A stretch of 64,000 nucleotides of DNA from Acidimicrobiia bacterium (GTDB lineage: Bacteria; Actinomycetota; Acidimicrobiia; Spongiisociales; UBA11373). The notes under the pieces were generated by a model that searched no databases, had not been told where the DNA came from, and was given only the letters and a program-made list of their open reading frames with translations. The stretch covers positions 7,998 through 71,997 of the forward strand of contig DATHSA010000054.1 of assembly GCA_035464675.1 (NCBI GenBank), in the 5' to 3' direction. A program made the position numbers and the translations under genes. Of this stretch, positions 40,665 through 50,516 are shown in pieces (position 1 is the first letter of the stretch; each line of letters begins with the position of its first letter).

Positions 40665-41492
40665 TCACGACCCCTCAGGGCAGTTGAACGAGGCCTGGAA
40701 GATCGTCTCGTCGTCTTCAGGGCTCGTGAGCATCTGCGTCGACGAGGAGACGGTCTGGAACTCCCCGGACTCCGGCGCCCACAGATAGCGGCGCTCCGTG
40801 TACTCCCAGGTGGCGCCGAAGTCGGCTGTCGACGACGAGTGGGTCACGATCCCGTCGGCGACGCAGTCGATCCCGTCGAGGTGCGTCACGCCGCCGCCCC
40901 GAGCGAACTCGGCCACACCCACCCCGTCGATCGACGGCTGATGGATGTCGCATTCGGCGAAGTAGAAGAACCCGATGAACTCCGTCGACGCCCCCGAGGT
41001 GACTCTTCCGTACGCGACCTCCTCGGGCGCGTCGAATGTCGTCGCGCCGTACGCTTCTGCGGGCCCGAACACCTCCAGCTCGGCCGCGAATCCGTAGGAC
41101 AGCCTGATCTGGGCCCACGAGGTCCCCAGCGCCTCGTACATGATGAATTGGTCGAGTGCGCCATCGCCGTCGAAGTCGCCGCTCACATGGCTCACGCCGG
41201 GTGCGCCCAGATCCGGGGTCGTGGCGCCGGGCAGCCCGGCGCACGGTGGAACCGTCGTCGTCGTAACGGCGAGCGTGGTCGGAGTCGTCGTGGAAGCGAC
41301 GGTCGTAGATGTCGCCACGCCTGTCGTGGTGGCTCCGCCGTCGGTCGTCGTCGTCCCCGCGGTCGTGGACGTCGAGGCCGCCGTGCCTTCTCCGGAGTCG
41401 CCGCCCGTCAAGAGCACGATCACGACGACGAGGAGCAACGCGGCGATCACGGAGCCGAGGACGATCAGGATTCGGGTCAAACGCGGGTCCAT
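40665..41492 (-). CDS. Membrane-anchored extracytoplasmic protein with Thr-rich linker and FG-GAP-like DxDxDG motif
   Basis: N-terminal TM (ILIVLGSVIAALLLVVVIVLL), a poly-Thr linker, and GDFDGDGALDQ. Confidence 0.65.
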   Translation of the reverse strand: MDPRLTRILIVLGSVIAALLLVVVIVLLTGGDSGEGTAASTSTTAGTTTTDGGATTTGVATSTTVASTTTPTTLAVTTTTVPPCAGLPGATTPDLGAPGVSHVSGDFDGDGALDQFIMYEALGTSWAQIRLSYGFAAELEVFGPAEAYGATTFDAPEEVAYGRVTSGASTEFIGFFYFAECDIHQPSIDGVGVAEFARGGGVTHLDGIDCVADGIVTHSSSTADFGATWEYTERRYLWAPESGEFQTVSSSTQMLTSPEDDETIFQASFNCPEGS

Positions 41493-41570
41493 GACCTCAG
41501 GTTACGCCTCTCATCACGGGGCCCCCGTGTAATCTCCGCCCTGAACCCCCGTCTGACCCCTGGCATCGCC

Positions 41571-42722
41571 ATGCTCGTAGCGGCCCTCGACCCGGAGCTC
41601 TATCTCAAGTCCCAGCGCACTCAGCGGCGCATGGGGCGGGTGCTCGCGGCCAATGTCGTCGCAGCGCTGCCGGGAGCGGAGGTCAAGCGCCTCGCCGGAC
41701 ATCGCCTGCTCATCACCACCGATCACGCCGCTGCCGTCGAGCGGCTGAGCACGGTGTTCGGAATCGCCGCGGTCGAGATCGTCGAGCGCCTCGACGCCAC
41801 CGACATGGATGCCCTCGCCGATGAGGTCGCAGAGCGGATGGGTCCGGTCGTCGCCGGGAAGACGTTCGCGGTGCGCCCACGGCGGATCGGCACCCACACC
41901 TGGAACTCCCAGGACCTCGCCGTCGCCACCGGGGCTCGACTGGTCCGGGCCGGAGGACGCGTCGATCTCACGAACCCCGAAGTGACCGTGGTGGTGCGCG
42001 TCGTGGAGCGGACAGCCGACCTGACGGTCGAGCGCGTCCCGGCCGCCGGGGGTATGCCCCTCGGCACGCAGGGCAACGCCCTGGTGATGTTCAGCGGCGG
42101 CATCGACTCCCCCGTCGCCTCATACATGGTCGCCCGACGCGGCGTGTCCCTCGACTACATCCACTTCTCGCTGGGCTGCGGACAAGCCGACCATGCGGCC
42201 GCCATCGCCCACGATCTGAGCACCCGCTACGGCCACGGGTCGGACCCGCTCTGGATCGTGTGCGACATCGAAGCTGCGGTACCCGAGCTGACCCGCCGCG
42301 TCGACGCGCGGCTTCGGCAGATGGCGCTCAAGGCGCTCATGTACCGGGCCGCGGAGCAGATCGCCGCCGACCTCGCCGAGACCCGGGCACTGGTCAACGG
42401 CGAGTCGCTGGGCCAGGTGTCGACCCAGACCCTGGACAACCTTGCATCACTCGACCGCCTGGTCGACATCCCCGTGCTCCGGCCCCTGCTCGGCCTCGAC
42501 AAACTCGAGATCCGCCGCCGTTCCGAGGCGATCGGGACGTATGAGGCGTCGTCGCGAAGCCGCGAGTTGTGCGACATCTCGCAGGGTTCCAGGGTGTCGG
42601 TCGCCACCCGGCCGGGCCGGCTCATGGATGTCGGCGAGGCGATCGAAGATCTCGTGGCCCACACCGTGACGACGGCCAAGCAGCAACACCTTCGCGACTG
42701 GATGCCCGGCTCGATGGTCTAG
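41571..42722 (+). CDS. thiI: tRNA 4-thiouridine synthase ThiI-like (THUMP + PP-loop)
   Basis: ATG 41571. PP-loop FSGGIDSPVASYM, preceded by a THUMP-like domain. Confidence 0.8.
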   Translation: MLVAALDPELYLKSQRTQRRMGRVLAANVVAALPGAEVKRLAGHRLLITTDHAAAVERLSTVFGIAAVEIVERLDATDMDALADEVAERMGPVVAGKTFAVRPRRIGTHTWNSQDLAVATGARLVRAGGRVDLTNPEVTVVVRVVERTADLTVERVPAAGGMPLGTQGNALVMFSGGIDSPVASYMVARRGVSLDYIHFSLGCGQADHAAAIAHDLSTRYGHGSDPLWIVCDIEAAVPELTRRVDARLRQMALKALMYRAAEQIAADLAETRALVNGESLGQVSTQTLDNLASLDRLVDIPVLRPLLGLDKLEIRRRSEAIGTYEASSRSRELCDISQGSRVSVATRPGRLMDVGEAIEDLVAHTVTTAKQQHLRDWMPGSMV

Positions 42723-42772
42723 TCGGGTGCGCCCACGGTCCCGTCGGCACACCCGACTACCGTGGCGCAGCC

Positions 42773-43699
42773 ATGTCGGACTCCCTCGTCTCGGCCCGCG
42801 ACCTCACCAAGTCCTTCGGTGAGCTGAAGGCCGTCGACGGCATCGACTTCGAGGTGCATCGCGGTGAAGTGTTCGGGTTCCTCGGTCCCAACGGCGCCGG
42901 CAAGTCGTCGACAATGCGGATGATCGGCTGTGTCTCCCCCGTCACCTCCGGCGACCTCACCGTCCTCGGGATGGATCCCGAGAAGGACGGCCCCCGGATC
43001 CGGGCCCGCCTCGGAGTCGTCCCCCAGGAGGACAACCTCGATCTCGAGCTGACCGTCTACGAGAACCTGCTCATCTATGGCCGGTATTTCGGACTCAGCA
43101 AATCGGTGATCGACGAGCGGATAGACGAACTGCTCAAGTTCGCCCAGCTCGACGAGCGCCGCAAGAGCCGGGTCGAGCCGCTGTCGGGCGGCATGAAACG
43201 ACGGCTGACGATCGCCCGCGGGCTGATCAACACGCCCGAGCTGCTTCTCCTCGACGAGCCCACCACAGGGCTCGACCCCCAGGCCCGGCACCTGCTGTGG
43301 GATCGCCTCTACCGGCTGAAGCGGGAGGGAGTCACGCTCATCATCACCACCCACTACATGGATGAGGCGGAGCAGCTCTGTGACCGCCTGGTGATCATGG
43401 ACAAGGGCAAGATCGTCGCCGAGGGCTCGCCCCGACAGCTGATCGAGACGCACTCCACCCGCGAGGTCCTGGAGCTGCGATTCGAGGTCGGCACCCAGGA
43501 CAAGCATGCCGAGGATCTGAGGGATCTCGCCACGCGTGTGGAGGTGCTGCCCGACCGGGTCCTCCTCTACACGGAGGATGCCGACACCGCCTTCGAGGCG
43601 GCCCACGAGCGCGGCATCGTCCCCGAATCCACGGTGAGCCGGCGGGCGACCCTCGAGGACGTGTTCCTCCACCTGACCGGCCGGTCCCTGGTCGATTGA
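42773..43699 (+). CDS. ABC transporter ATP-binding protein (NodI/DrrA-like)
   Basis: ATG 42773. GPNGAGKSST, LSGGMKRRL, LLLLDEPT. Confidence 0.9.
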   Translation: MSDSLVSARDLTKSFGELKAVDGIDFEVHRGEVFGFLGPNGAGKSSTMRMIGCVSPVTSGDLTVLGMDPEKDGPRIRARLGVVPQEDNLDLELTVYENLLIYGRYFGLSKSVIDERIDELLKFAQLDERRKSRVEPLSGGMKRRLTIARGLINTPELLLLDEPTTGLDPQARHLLWDRLYRLKREGVTLIITTHYMDEAEQLCDRLVIMDKGKIVAEGSPRQLIETHSTREVLELRFEVGTQDKHAEDLRDLATRVEVLPDRVLLYTEDADTAFEAAHERGIVPESTVSRRATLEDVFLHLTGRSLVD

Positions 43700-44478
43700 T
43701 GGTGGTGCTCGCCCACTCCGGCCGCCTCATCGAGGCGTCTGCCCGTGTCTACCGCCGGACCTTCCGGGGCAGCCTGGTCAGCACCTTCTTCAACCCGATC
43801 CTGTTCCTGCTGGCGATGGGGGTGGGTCTCGGCCAGCTGGTCGACAGCGGATCGGGCGACGCCTCCCTGGAGATCACGTACCTGACCTTCCTCGCCCCCG
43901 GCCTCCTGGCAGCCACGGCGATGATGACCGGTGCGGGCGACTCGGCCTTCCCAGTCATGGCAGGGATCAAGTGGCGAAAGAGCTACGACGCGGTGCTCGC
44001 CACCCCCATCGGGGTGACCGACCTGGTGCTCGGCCACCTGGGCTGGGTCGCGGTCCGGTTGACCTTCGTCACCCTCGTCTACGCCATGGTGATGGCCGCC
44101 TTCGGGGCCACCACCGTCGTCGAGGGTTTGATAGCAGTGCCGCCGGCGGTGGCCACCGGGCTGGCGTTTGCCGGCGTCATCACCGCCTACACCGCCCAGC
44201 TCGAGGACGAGCGCGGGCTCTCCTCGATGTTCCGGTTCGGAATGACCCCCCTGTTTCTGTTCTCGGGCACGTTCTTCCCGGTGAGCCAGCTTCCGGGGTG
44301 GATGCAGCCGGTGGCCTACGCCACACCGCTGTGGCACGGCGTGTCGCTGTGCCGGGGCCTGGCCGTCGGCACCGAGTACGAGGTCAACCCGGTCATCAGT
44401 GCGGCATACCTGGCGGCAATGATCCTGCTGGGCATCGCCCTGGCCACGCGGACCATGCGGAAGAGGCTGATCAAATGA
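43696..44478 (+). CDS. ABC-2 transporter permease
   Basis: Six TM helices, overlapping the ATPase stop. Confidence 0.8.
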   Translation: MMVVLAHSGRLIEASARVYRRTFRGSLVSTFFNPILFLLAMGVGLGQLVDSGSGDASLEITYLTFLAPGLLAATAMMTGAGDSAFPVMAGIKWRKSYDAVLATPIGVTDLVLGHLGWVAVRLTFVTLVYAMVMAAFGATTVVEGLIAVPPAVATGLAFAGVITAYTAQLEDERGLSSMFRFGMTPLFLFSGTFFPVSQLPGWMQPVAYATPLWHGVSLCRGLAVGTEYEVNPVISAAYLAAMILLGIALATRTMRKRLIK

Positions 44479-45278
44479 GCGCCACGCTCCACTCTCGAGT
44501 GGTGCCTCCCTTCGTGCCCGGCAGCGCCATCCGCATGCTCGAGCGCAGCTACCTGGTGTACCGCCGCATCTGGGTGGTCATCTTCTCGGGGTTCTTCGAG
44601 CCGGTCTTCTACCTGTTCTCGATCGGCGTCGGCCTCGGCAAACTCGTGGGCGACGTCCAGGGCCCGGGCGGGCAAGCGGTCACATACGCGGCGTTCGTGG
44701 CTCCAGCTCTGCTCGCGGCCTCGGCCATGAACGGCGCGGTCTACGAGTCGACGTTCAACATCTTCTTCAAGCTGAGGTACGGGAAGGTGTACGACGCCAT
44801 CCTCTCCACCCCGATGCTCCCCCGGCACATCGCCGTCGGCGAGATAGCGTGGTCCCTGGGACGGGGCCTGATGTATGCCGTCGCCTTCCTGGTCGTGATC
44901 GCCAGCTTCGGCTACGTGTACTCGCCGTGGGCCGTGATGGCGGTGCCGGCTGCGGTCCTGATCGGCTTCGCCTTTGCTGCGGTCGGGATGACTGCCACCA
45001 CCTTCATGAAGTCCTGGCAGGACTTCGACCTGGTGAACATGGTGACGCTGCCGCTCTTCCTCTTCTCCGGCACGTTCTATCCGCTGGAGGTCTACCCCGA
45101 CGCGATCCAGACGATCGCCCGCTTCTCACCCCTCTATCACGGGGTCGAGCTGATCCGGGCGTGCACCCTGGGAGTGTTCGACTGGAGCATCGCCGGCCAC
45201 CTGGCATTCCTGGTGGGCATGGGTGCCATCGGCGTGATGATCGTGTCGCGGCGCCTCGACAAGCTGTTGCTGTCCTGA
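44475..45278 (+). CDS. ABC-2 transporter permease (second subunit)
   Basis: ATG 44475 (ATGA overlap). Paralogous to the previous permease. Confidence 0.8.
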   Translation: MSATLHSRVVPPFVPGSAIRMLERSYLVYRRIWVVIFSGFFEPVFYLFSIGVGLGKLVGDVQGPGGQAVTYAAFVAPALLAASAMNGAVYESTFNIFFKLRYGKVYDAILSTPMLPRHIAVGEIAWSLGRGLMYAVAFLVVIASFGYVYSPWAVMAVPAAVLIGFAFAAVGMTATTFMKSWQDFDLVNMVTLPLFLFSGTFYPLEVYPDAIQTIARFSPLYHGVELIRACTLGVFDWSIAGHLAFLVGMGAIGVMIVSRRLDKLLLS

Positions 45279-45348
45279 GCCTGCCGCCGACCTCTGCTGA
45301 TTGCCTGCAGGAGACGTACGATCTGACTCCCTCTCTGGAAGGTCACAG

Positions 45349-45753
45349 ATGCCACGAACGCTGTCGCTGTTCCTGATCGCACTCCCCGTCTTCCTGGTGA
45401 TCGATCTGATCTGGCTCGGGGTGGTGGCCCGCCGGTTCTATCGCGACCAGCTCGGGGGCCTCCTCCGAACCGACACCGTGTGGCCGGCGGCGATCGCCTT
45501 CTACGTCCTGTTCGTGCTGGGCCTGGTCGTGTTCGTTCTCAACCCGGCGATCGACGACGGCTCGCTCGGGAGGGCCATCGGGCTCGGGGCGCTCTTCGGG
45601 CTGATCACCTACGCCACCTACGACCTCACCAATCTGGCCACGCTGCGGGATTGGCCGCCCCTCATGACGGCGGTCGACCTGGTGTGGGGGACGGTGCTGG
45701 CGGCCAGCGTCTCGTCGACCACCTTCGGCATCGCCGACGCACTGGGGGTGTGA
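45349..45753 (+). CDS. DUF2177-like membrane protein
   Basis: ATG 45349 gives MPRTLSLFLIALPVFLVIDLIWLGVVARRFYRDQLG...YATYDLTNLATLRDWP. Confidence 0.6.
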   Translation: MPRTLSLFLIALPVFLVIDLIWLGVVARRFYRDQLGGLLRTDTVWPAAIAFYVLFVLGLVVFVLNPAIDDGSLGRAIGLGALFGLITYATYDLTNLATLRDWPPLMTAVDLVWGTVLAASVSSTTFGIADALGV

Positions 45754-45847
45754 GGGGGCGGCAAGGTCGCCGAGGCCCGCCCGGGAATGAGCACGGCCGC
45801 GCCGGGGTAGGGGCCCCGGCTGCGGAGGAGGGCCGACCAGCGTCTGT

Positions 45848-45864
45848 TCGGCCCGAAGGGCCGA
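45848..45864. terminator. GAA-triloop GC hairpin between DUF2177 and ssrA
   Basis: TCGGCCC gaa GGGCCGA. No U-tract. Confidence 0.35.
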
Positions 45865-45887
45865 AGTCGGCCCGGGAATGAGCAGAG

Positions 45888-46234
45888 TGGAGGTGCGGGG
45901 AGTCGAACCCCGGTCCTGTGAGCTCTCGACGTCGGTTCTCCGAGCGCAGCCGATAGATCGTTTCGGGGGACGGGACCCTATCGGCGGGCGGACCCGATCC
46001 CTAGCCGGAAGTGTCTTGACCCGCCGGTCCCGGCATCCCGGCGGGAGCATCCCCCATTGCGTCGCCCGGATCCGGCGAGGGGGGAGCCCTCCGGTCGGAC
46101 GGGCCGCTTATTTAGGCAGCCAGTGCGAAGTTGTCTTCGGCACGTATGTGTTTCCCGGTTCTTTAGCGAGGACTCCGGGGACCTCGGCTCGCTACCGACG
46201 CTTTGATTCTCACAGTCGAAACCATGTCACCCCC
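45888..46234 (-). ncRNA. ssrA: tmRNA (SsrA)
   Basis: The 5' end GGGGGTGACATGGTTTCGAC pairs with the 3' end CACCTCC-A (G3:U70). T-arm GGGGTTCGACTCCCC. Tag reading frame GCC GAA GAC AAC TTC GCA CTG GCT GCC TAA gives AEDNFALAA (46112-46141). Adjacent to smpB. Confidence 0.88.
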
Positions 46235-46342
46235 ATATGGGGACGCAGAAGCGTCGCCGTCAATGTACAACGCATCTGCCACTTTCGGGGATTCCGCGAG
46301 GGGGATGCCCGCTTTCTGTCCAGGCCGCCCCCACCTGAGCAC

Positions 46343-46359
46343 CCTCCCCCGAGGGGAGG
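46343..46359 (-). terminator. CGA-triloop hairpin downstream of smpB
   Basis: CCTCCCC cga GGGGAGG, about 43 nt past the smpB stop. Confidence 0.35.
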
Positions 46360-46401
46360 TGGAGACAGCGTGCGCGCCAACGCGGGGCAACGGGCAACGA
46401 T

Positions 46402-46860
46402 CTAGTCGATGCTCCGGTACTTCATCGCCTTGTCCATCTCCCGATCCGCCTGGCGCCTCTTGATTGTCTCGCGCTTGTCGATCCGGGTCTTGCCTTTGCC
46501 GAGGCCCAACTCGACCTTGGCCTTCCCGTCCTTGAAGTACAGCGACGTGGGGATCAGGGTCAGACCCTTCTGGGCGAGTGCGGCTCCTATGCGGGCGATC
46601 TCGTTGCGGTGCAGCAGGAGCTTCCGGGGACGATCCGGGTCGTGTCCGCCCTCATGGGCGTATTCGTAGGGGGCGATGCGGAGCCCGTAGAGCCACATCT
46701 CGCCGTCCTTGACAGCGGCGTACGAGTCCTTGAGGTCGGCTCGCCCGTTGCGCAGGCTCTTCACCTCGGACCCGAGCAGCACCAACCCGGCCTCGTAGGT
46801 CTCCGAGATGGCGAAGTCGAATCGGGCCCGCCGGTTGGTGGCAATGGTCTTCACTCCCAC
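46402..46860 (-). CDS. smpB: SsrA-binding protein SmpB
   Basis: ...IATNRRARFDF...YEAGLVLLGSEVKSLR...LLLHRNEI.... Confidence 0.95.
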   Translation of the reverse strand: MGVKTIATNRRARFDFAISETYEAGLVLLGSEVKSLRNGRADLKDSYAAVKDGEMWLYGLRIAPYEYAHEGGHDPDRPRKLLLHRNEIARIGAALAQKGLTLIPTSLYFKDGKAKVELGLGKGKTRIDKRETIKRRQADREMDKAMKYRSID

Positions 46861-46911
46861 GAGAAGACCCTAAGGCCGGTGTCGTTCGTTCGGACGGGTG
46901 GGCTCCTCTTT

Positions 46912-46940
46912 CGAATCGCGAATCGCGAATCGCGAATCGC
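46912..46940. repeat. Heptanucleotide tandem array CGAATCG x4
   Basis: cgaatcg x4 perfect, directly followed by the hairpin at 46941-46961. Confidence 0.92.
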
Positions 46941-46961
46941 GGCCCGAGCGAAGCGAGGGCC
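46941..46961 (-). terminator. Hairpin with GCGAAGC core after ftsX
   Basis: GGCCC-GAGCGAAGCGA-GGGCC, 7 nt from the ftsX stop complement (46968-46970). The core is identical to 4008-4018, with compensatory outer-stem changes. Confidence 0.5.
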
Positions 46962-46967
46962 AATCCA

Positions 46968-47849
46968 TCAGTCCCTCAGGAAGCCCCACATCCCGAAGGC
47001 GCTCCCGAGGAGACCGGTACCGGCGCCGAAGCCGAGCACGATGAGAGCCTGGCGAATCATGAAGTCCGTCGGCGGATTCAGTGACCCGGGATCGGTGGCC
47101 GTCGACAGCAGCTCAGCGATCGAGCCACCGGCCGCCCACACGAGGGCTATGGCGAGCACGGCTCCGATCACGCCCTCGATCACACCCTCGAGAAGGAACG
47201 GGATGCGAACGAACCAGTTTCCCGCACCCACCAGCTTCATGATCCCTATCTCGTCTCGTCGGGCGAAGATTGCGATCCGGATCGTGTTGGCGATGAGAAC
47301 CACCGCGGCCAGGGCGAGGACGATCCCGATCCCGAGCGCAAACGTCCTCATCTTCCCCGCCCGTGCCACCAGATTGTCGATCGCCTCGTCTGCCGATGAA
47401 ACCTGGAACACCCCGGGGACGACGACGAGCCGATCGCGGATCGTCGAGTAGTCGGCGGCCTCGGTGGGTCGTATCCGGAGAGATGCCGGCAGGATCGACG
47501 GGTCCTCCTCGACTATCTCGATGAGGGAGGGCTGATCCGAGAAGATCTCGCGGAACTCCTCGAGTGCCTGCGTCTTCGTGTAGTAGATGACCTCGTCGAC
47601 CTCGTCCCAGGTCCGGATGTCAGCCTGCATGGAGTCGATTTCCTCCAGGCTCAGGTCGTCGCCGAGGAAGGCGATGACACGAACGTTGTCGTCCCACCTG
47701 CCGATGTCCTGGTCGATCGACCAACCCACGATCCTCGTGCCGAACACCAGTGCCAGCATCACGAAGACGGCGACGACGGCAGCAAAGACCACCAGGACGT
47801 TTCGGCGGAGGTTCGAGATCGCCTGCTCGAGGATGTACTGGAACCGCAT
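46968..47849 (-). CDS. ftsX: Cell division ABC transporter permease FtsX
   Basis: ATG 47849 gives MRFQYILEQAISNLRRN.... Four TM helices with a large periplasmic loop. Follows ftsE. Confidence 0.9.
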   Translation of the reverse strand: MRFQYILEQAISNLRRNVLVVFAAVVAVFVMLALVFGTRIVGWSIDQDIGRWDDNVRVIAFLGDDLSLEEIDSMQADIRTWDEVDEVIYYTKTQALEEFREIFSDQPSLIEIVEEDPSILPASLRIRPTEAADYSTIRDRLVVVPGVFQVSSADEAIDNLVARAGKMRTFALGIGIVLALAAVVLIANTIRIAIFARRDEIGIMKLVGAGNWFVRIPFLLEGVIEGVIGAVLAIALVWAAGGSIAELLSTATDPGSLNPPTDFMIRQALIVLGFGAGTGLLGSAFGMWGFLRD

Positions 47850-47850
47850 G

Positions 47851-48588
47851 TCAGCCTTCGGTGGCCTCTTGCTCGCCGGTGGCACTGGCTCCGACCGGCT
47901 CCTCCACACCCATCTGGTAAGCGCCGCGGGTCTGGTCGCGGATGACCCTGCCACGCTCGAGAGCCACCACCCGGCGTCGCATGGCGTCGACGATCGCGTG
48001 GTCGTGAGTCGCCATCACAACGGTCGTGCCGGTGCGGTTGATACGGTCGAGAAGCCGCATGATCCCCACCGAGGTCGCCGGGTCGAGGTTCCCGGTCGGC
48101 TCGTCGGCCAGGAGGATCAGGGGCCGGTTGACGAACGCCCGGGCGATCGAGACCCGCTGCTGCTCACCGCCGGACAACTGATTGGGGAGGCGGTCCGACT
48201 TGGCGGCGAGGCCGACCAGCTTGAGCACCTGAGGCACCTGCGACCGGACGACGTTCTTGGGACGGCCGATCACCTCGAGAGCGAACGCGACGTTCTCGTA
48301 GACCGTCTTGCTGGGGAGCAGCTTGAAGTCCTGGAAGACGGTGCCGATGGAACGTCGGAGCATGGGGATCTTCCAGGCCGGCAACGCGGTGATCTCCTTG
48401 CCGGCGACCCAGATCTGCCCTTCCGTGGGAAGCTCCTGGCGGAGCATCAGGCGGATCAACGTCGATTTTCCCGAGCCCGAAGGACCGACGAGGAAGACGA
48501 ATTCGCCCTTGGAGATCTCGAGGTCCACGTCCGTGACGGCGACGATGTCGCCGTCGTAGACCTTCGCTACGTCCTGCAACCGGATCAT
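47851..48588 (-). CDS. ftsE: Cell division ATP-binding protein FtsE
   Basis: [30 protein letters not shown]. Confidence 0.93.
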   Translation of the reverse strand: MIRLQDVAKVYDGDIVAVTDVDLEISKGEFVFLVGPSGSGKSTLIRLMLRQELPTEGQIWVAGKEITALPAWKIPMLRRSIGTVFQDFKLLPSKTVYENVAFALEVIGRPKNVVRSQVPQVLKLVGLAAKSDRLPNQLSGGEQQRVSIARAFVNRPLILLADEPTGNLDPATSVGIMRLLDRINRTGTTVVMATHDHAIVDAMRRRVVALERGRVIRDQTRGAYQMGVEEPVGASATGEQEATEG

Positions 48589-48725
48589 GTACGCCTCTCG
48601 GAGTGCTGCCGCGGTGTCCCTTCGGCACCCACTCCGCCCGCGACGCTCGCGGCGAGGTTAGTGACCGACTTGGGAAAGCCCGATGATTCTGGTGCATCGC
48701 CGGAGATAGGCCAATCGGGCCGGAC

Positions 48726-48815
48726 GAGAGCGAAGGGCGGAGAGCAGAGGGCGAAACCTCGGCATCGATGCCCGCTCGGGGCGGAGAGGCGGAAGGGTAA
48801 GGCAGGAGGCCGGGA
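48726..48815. repeat. Purine-rich period-7 tracts downstream of prfB
   Basis: gagagcg aagggcg gagagca gagggcg (48726-48753) and gcggaga ggcggaa gggtaag gcaggag gccggga (48781-48815), ending at the prfB stop. Confidence 0.55.
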
Positions 48816-48816
48816 C

Positions 48817-49930
48817 CTAGCCCGCGGACTCCGCCTGTTCTCGCCGCCACTGGAGGTAGGCGTCGACGAATCGGCCGATCTCGCCGTCGAGGACGCCGTT
48901 GACGTTGCCGATCTCCACGTCGGTCCTGAGGTCCTTGACCATCTGATACGGCTGGAGGACATACGATCGGATCTGCCGGCCCCAGGCCGCCTCGCCCTGC
49001 TCACCGCGGATCTCGTCCAGCTGCTCCTCACGATCCCGGCGGGCGCGCTCTGCGAGCCGGGCGGCAAGAAGGGTCATGGCGCGGTTCCGATTCTGCAGCT
49101 GGGAGCGCTCAGCCTGGCAGGCGACGACGATCCCGGTCGGGATGTGGGTGATCCTCACCGCGGAATCGGTCTTGTTGACATGCTGCCCGCCTGCTCCCGA
49201 GGCCCGGAAGGTGTCGATCCGCAGCTCCTCCGGGTCGATGGCCACGTCCTCGATCTCGACCTCCGGTATGACATCGACCCCGGCAAAGGACGTGTGTCGT
49301 CGCGAGGCCGAGTCGAAGGGACTTATGCGAACGAGGCGGTGCACTCCACGCTCCCCCTCCAGGGTCCCGTAGGGACGATCACCCCGGACCGTGATCGTCG
49401 CCGACCTGATCCCGGCCTCCTCGGCCTCCAGGTACTCGTCGACCTCGACCTCGAAGCCCTCGCGCTCCAGGAATCGCAGGTACATGCGAAGCAGCATCTC
49501 CGCCCAATCGGAGGCATCGACCCCGCCGGCGCCGGCGTGGACGCTCAAGATCGCCGGGCTGTCGTCATACTCGCCGAAGTACAACGCCTCGCGCTCCAGT
49601 TTCGACAGATCCTCGTCGATCCGGCCCAATTCGACGGCGACGTCGGATGCGGCACCGGCATCGGACTCCTCCTCGGAGAGCTCCAGAAGCACCTCGGCGT
49701 CGTCGATCGCGGCGGCCAGTGAGCCGACCCGGTCGATGATCCCTTCGTAGCGAGAGAGGGTTCGAGTCACCTCGAGGGCGTTGTCACGGTCGTCCCAGAG
49801 ATGAGGGTCGGCCGACCGGTCTCTCAGGTCGTCGAGTGCGGCGCGCTTCGCTTCGACGTCAAAGGAACCTCCTGGCGTCGTCGAGGCGCGATTGGAGCGA
49901 GGCGATGAGGGCGCGGGGATCGTCGTGCAT
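48817..49930 (-). CDS. prfB: Peptide chain release factor 2, with programmed +1 frameshift
   Basis: ORF0 is ATG 49930 ... AGG AGG TTC CTT TGA C (TGA at 49859-49861). A +1 shift joins it to ORF 48817-49770 (LDVEAKRAALDDLRDRSADPHLWDD...). The SPF and GGQ (SGAGGQHVN) motifs are present. Confidence 0.93.
49858..49873 (-). promoter_or_regulatory. RF2 autoregulatory frameshift site
   Basis: An internal SD-like AGGAGG sits 3 nt upstream of the CUU UGA C slippery/stop motif. Confidence 0.9.
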
Positions 49931-50010
49931 CGTCCGAGAGGTTAGGGCTGCGGAGGGTCGTTTCCCGTCACCCACTGCCCCCGCCGATCGAGGCGGTACC
50001 GTGGGGGTTC

Positions 50011-50514
50011 ATGAAGCGCTCGGTCCTGGTGCTGGTTCTCGTGGCGTCTGGCTGCGGTGAAGGCGGTGGCATTACGTCGACGACGACCGAAGCCACCACC
50101 ACGACGACCAACGTCGTGACAACTTCCACAACGACCGCCGAGCCGACCACGACGGTCGCACCTACGACCACGGCAGCCCCAGCCGCGACGACCGCTCCGA
50201 CTACGACCGTTCCGTCAGGGCCATCGCAGGTGACCGGCCTGGCCGTGGGCCTGGGTGGAGGGAGCCTCGAGGTCGCCGTCACCTGGGATCCGCACCCAGA
50301 GGCCGATCACTATCGCGTCTACTTCTCCGAGTTGCCGGGCGGTGAGAAGGAGTTCGTACGTACCGTCGAGCCGATCGAGACGGTCGGCTCCCAGGTGGGC
50401 TTCATCGACTACCCGAGGAACCAGACCGAGGGCGAGACCTGCTATCAGGTGAGCGCCGTGAACGGCGAAGGAGTCGAAGGCCCGCTCTCGGTGGAGGCCT
50501 GCTTCTACGCGTGA
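50011..50514 (+). CDS. Lipoprotein with Thr-rich linker and fibronectin type III-like domain
   Basis: MKRSVLVLVLVASGC-GEGGG lipobox, a poly-Thr linker, and ...LEVAVTWDPHPEADHYRVYF...CYQVSAVNGEGVEGP. Confidence 0.75.
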   Translation: MKRSVLVLVLVASGCGEGGGITSTTTEATTTTTNVVTTSTTTAEPTTTVAPTTTAAPAATTAPTTTVPSGPSQVTGLAVGLGGGSLEVAVTWDPHPEADHYRVYFSELPGGEKEFVRTVEPIETVGSQVGFIDYPRNQTEGETCYQVSAVNGEGVEGPLSVEACFYA

Positions 50515-50516
50515 CG

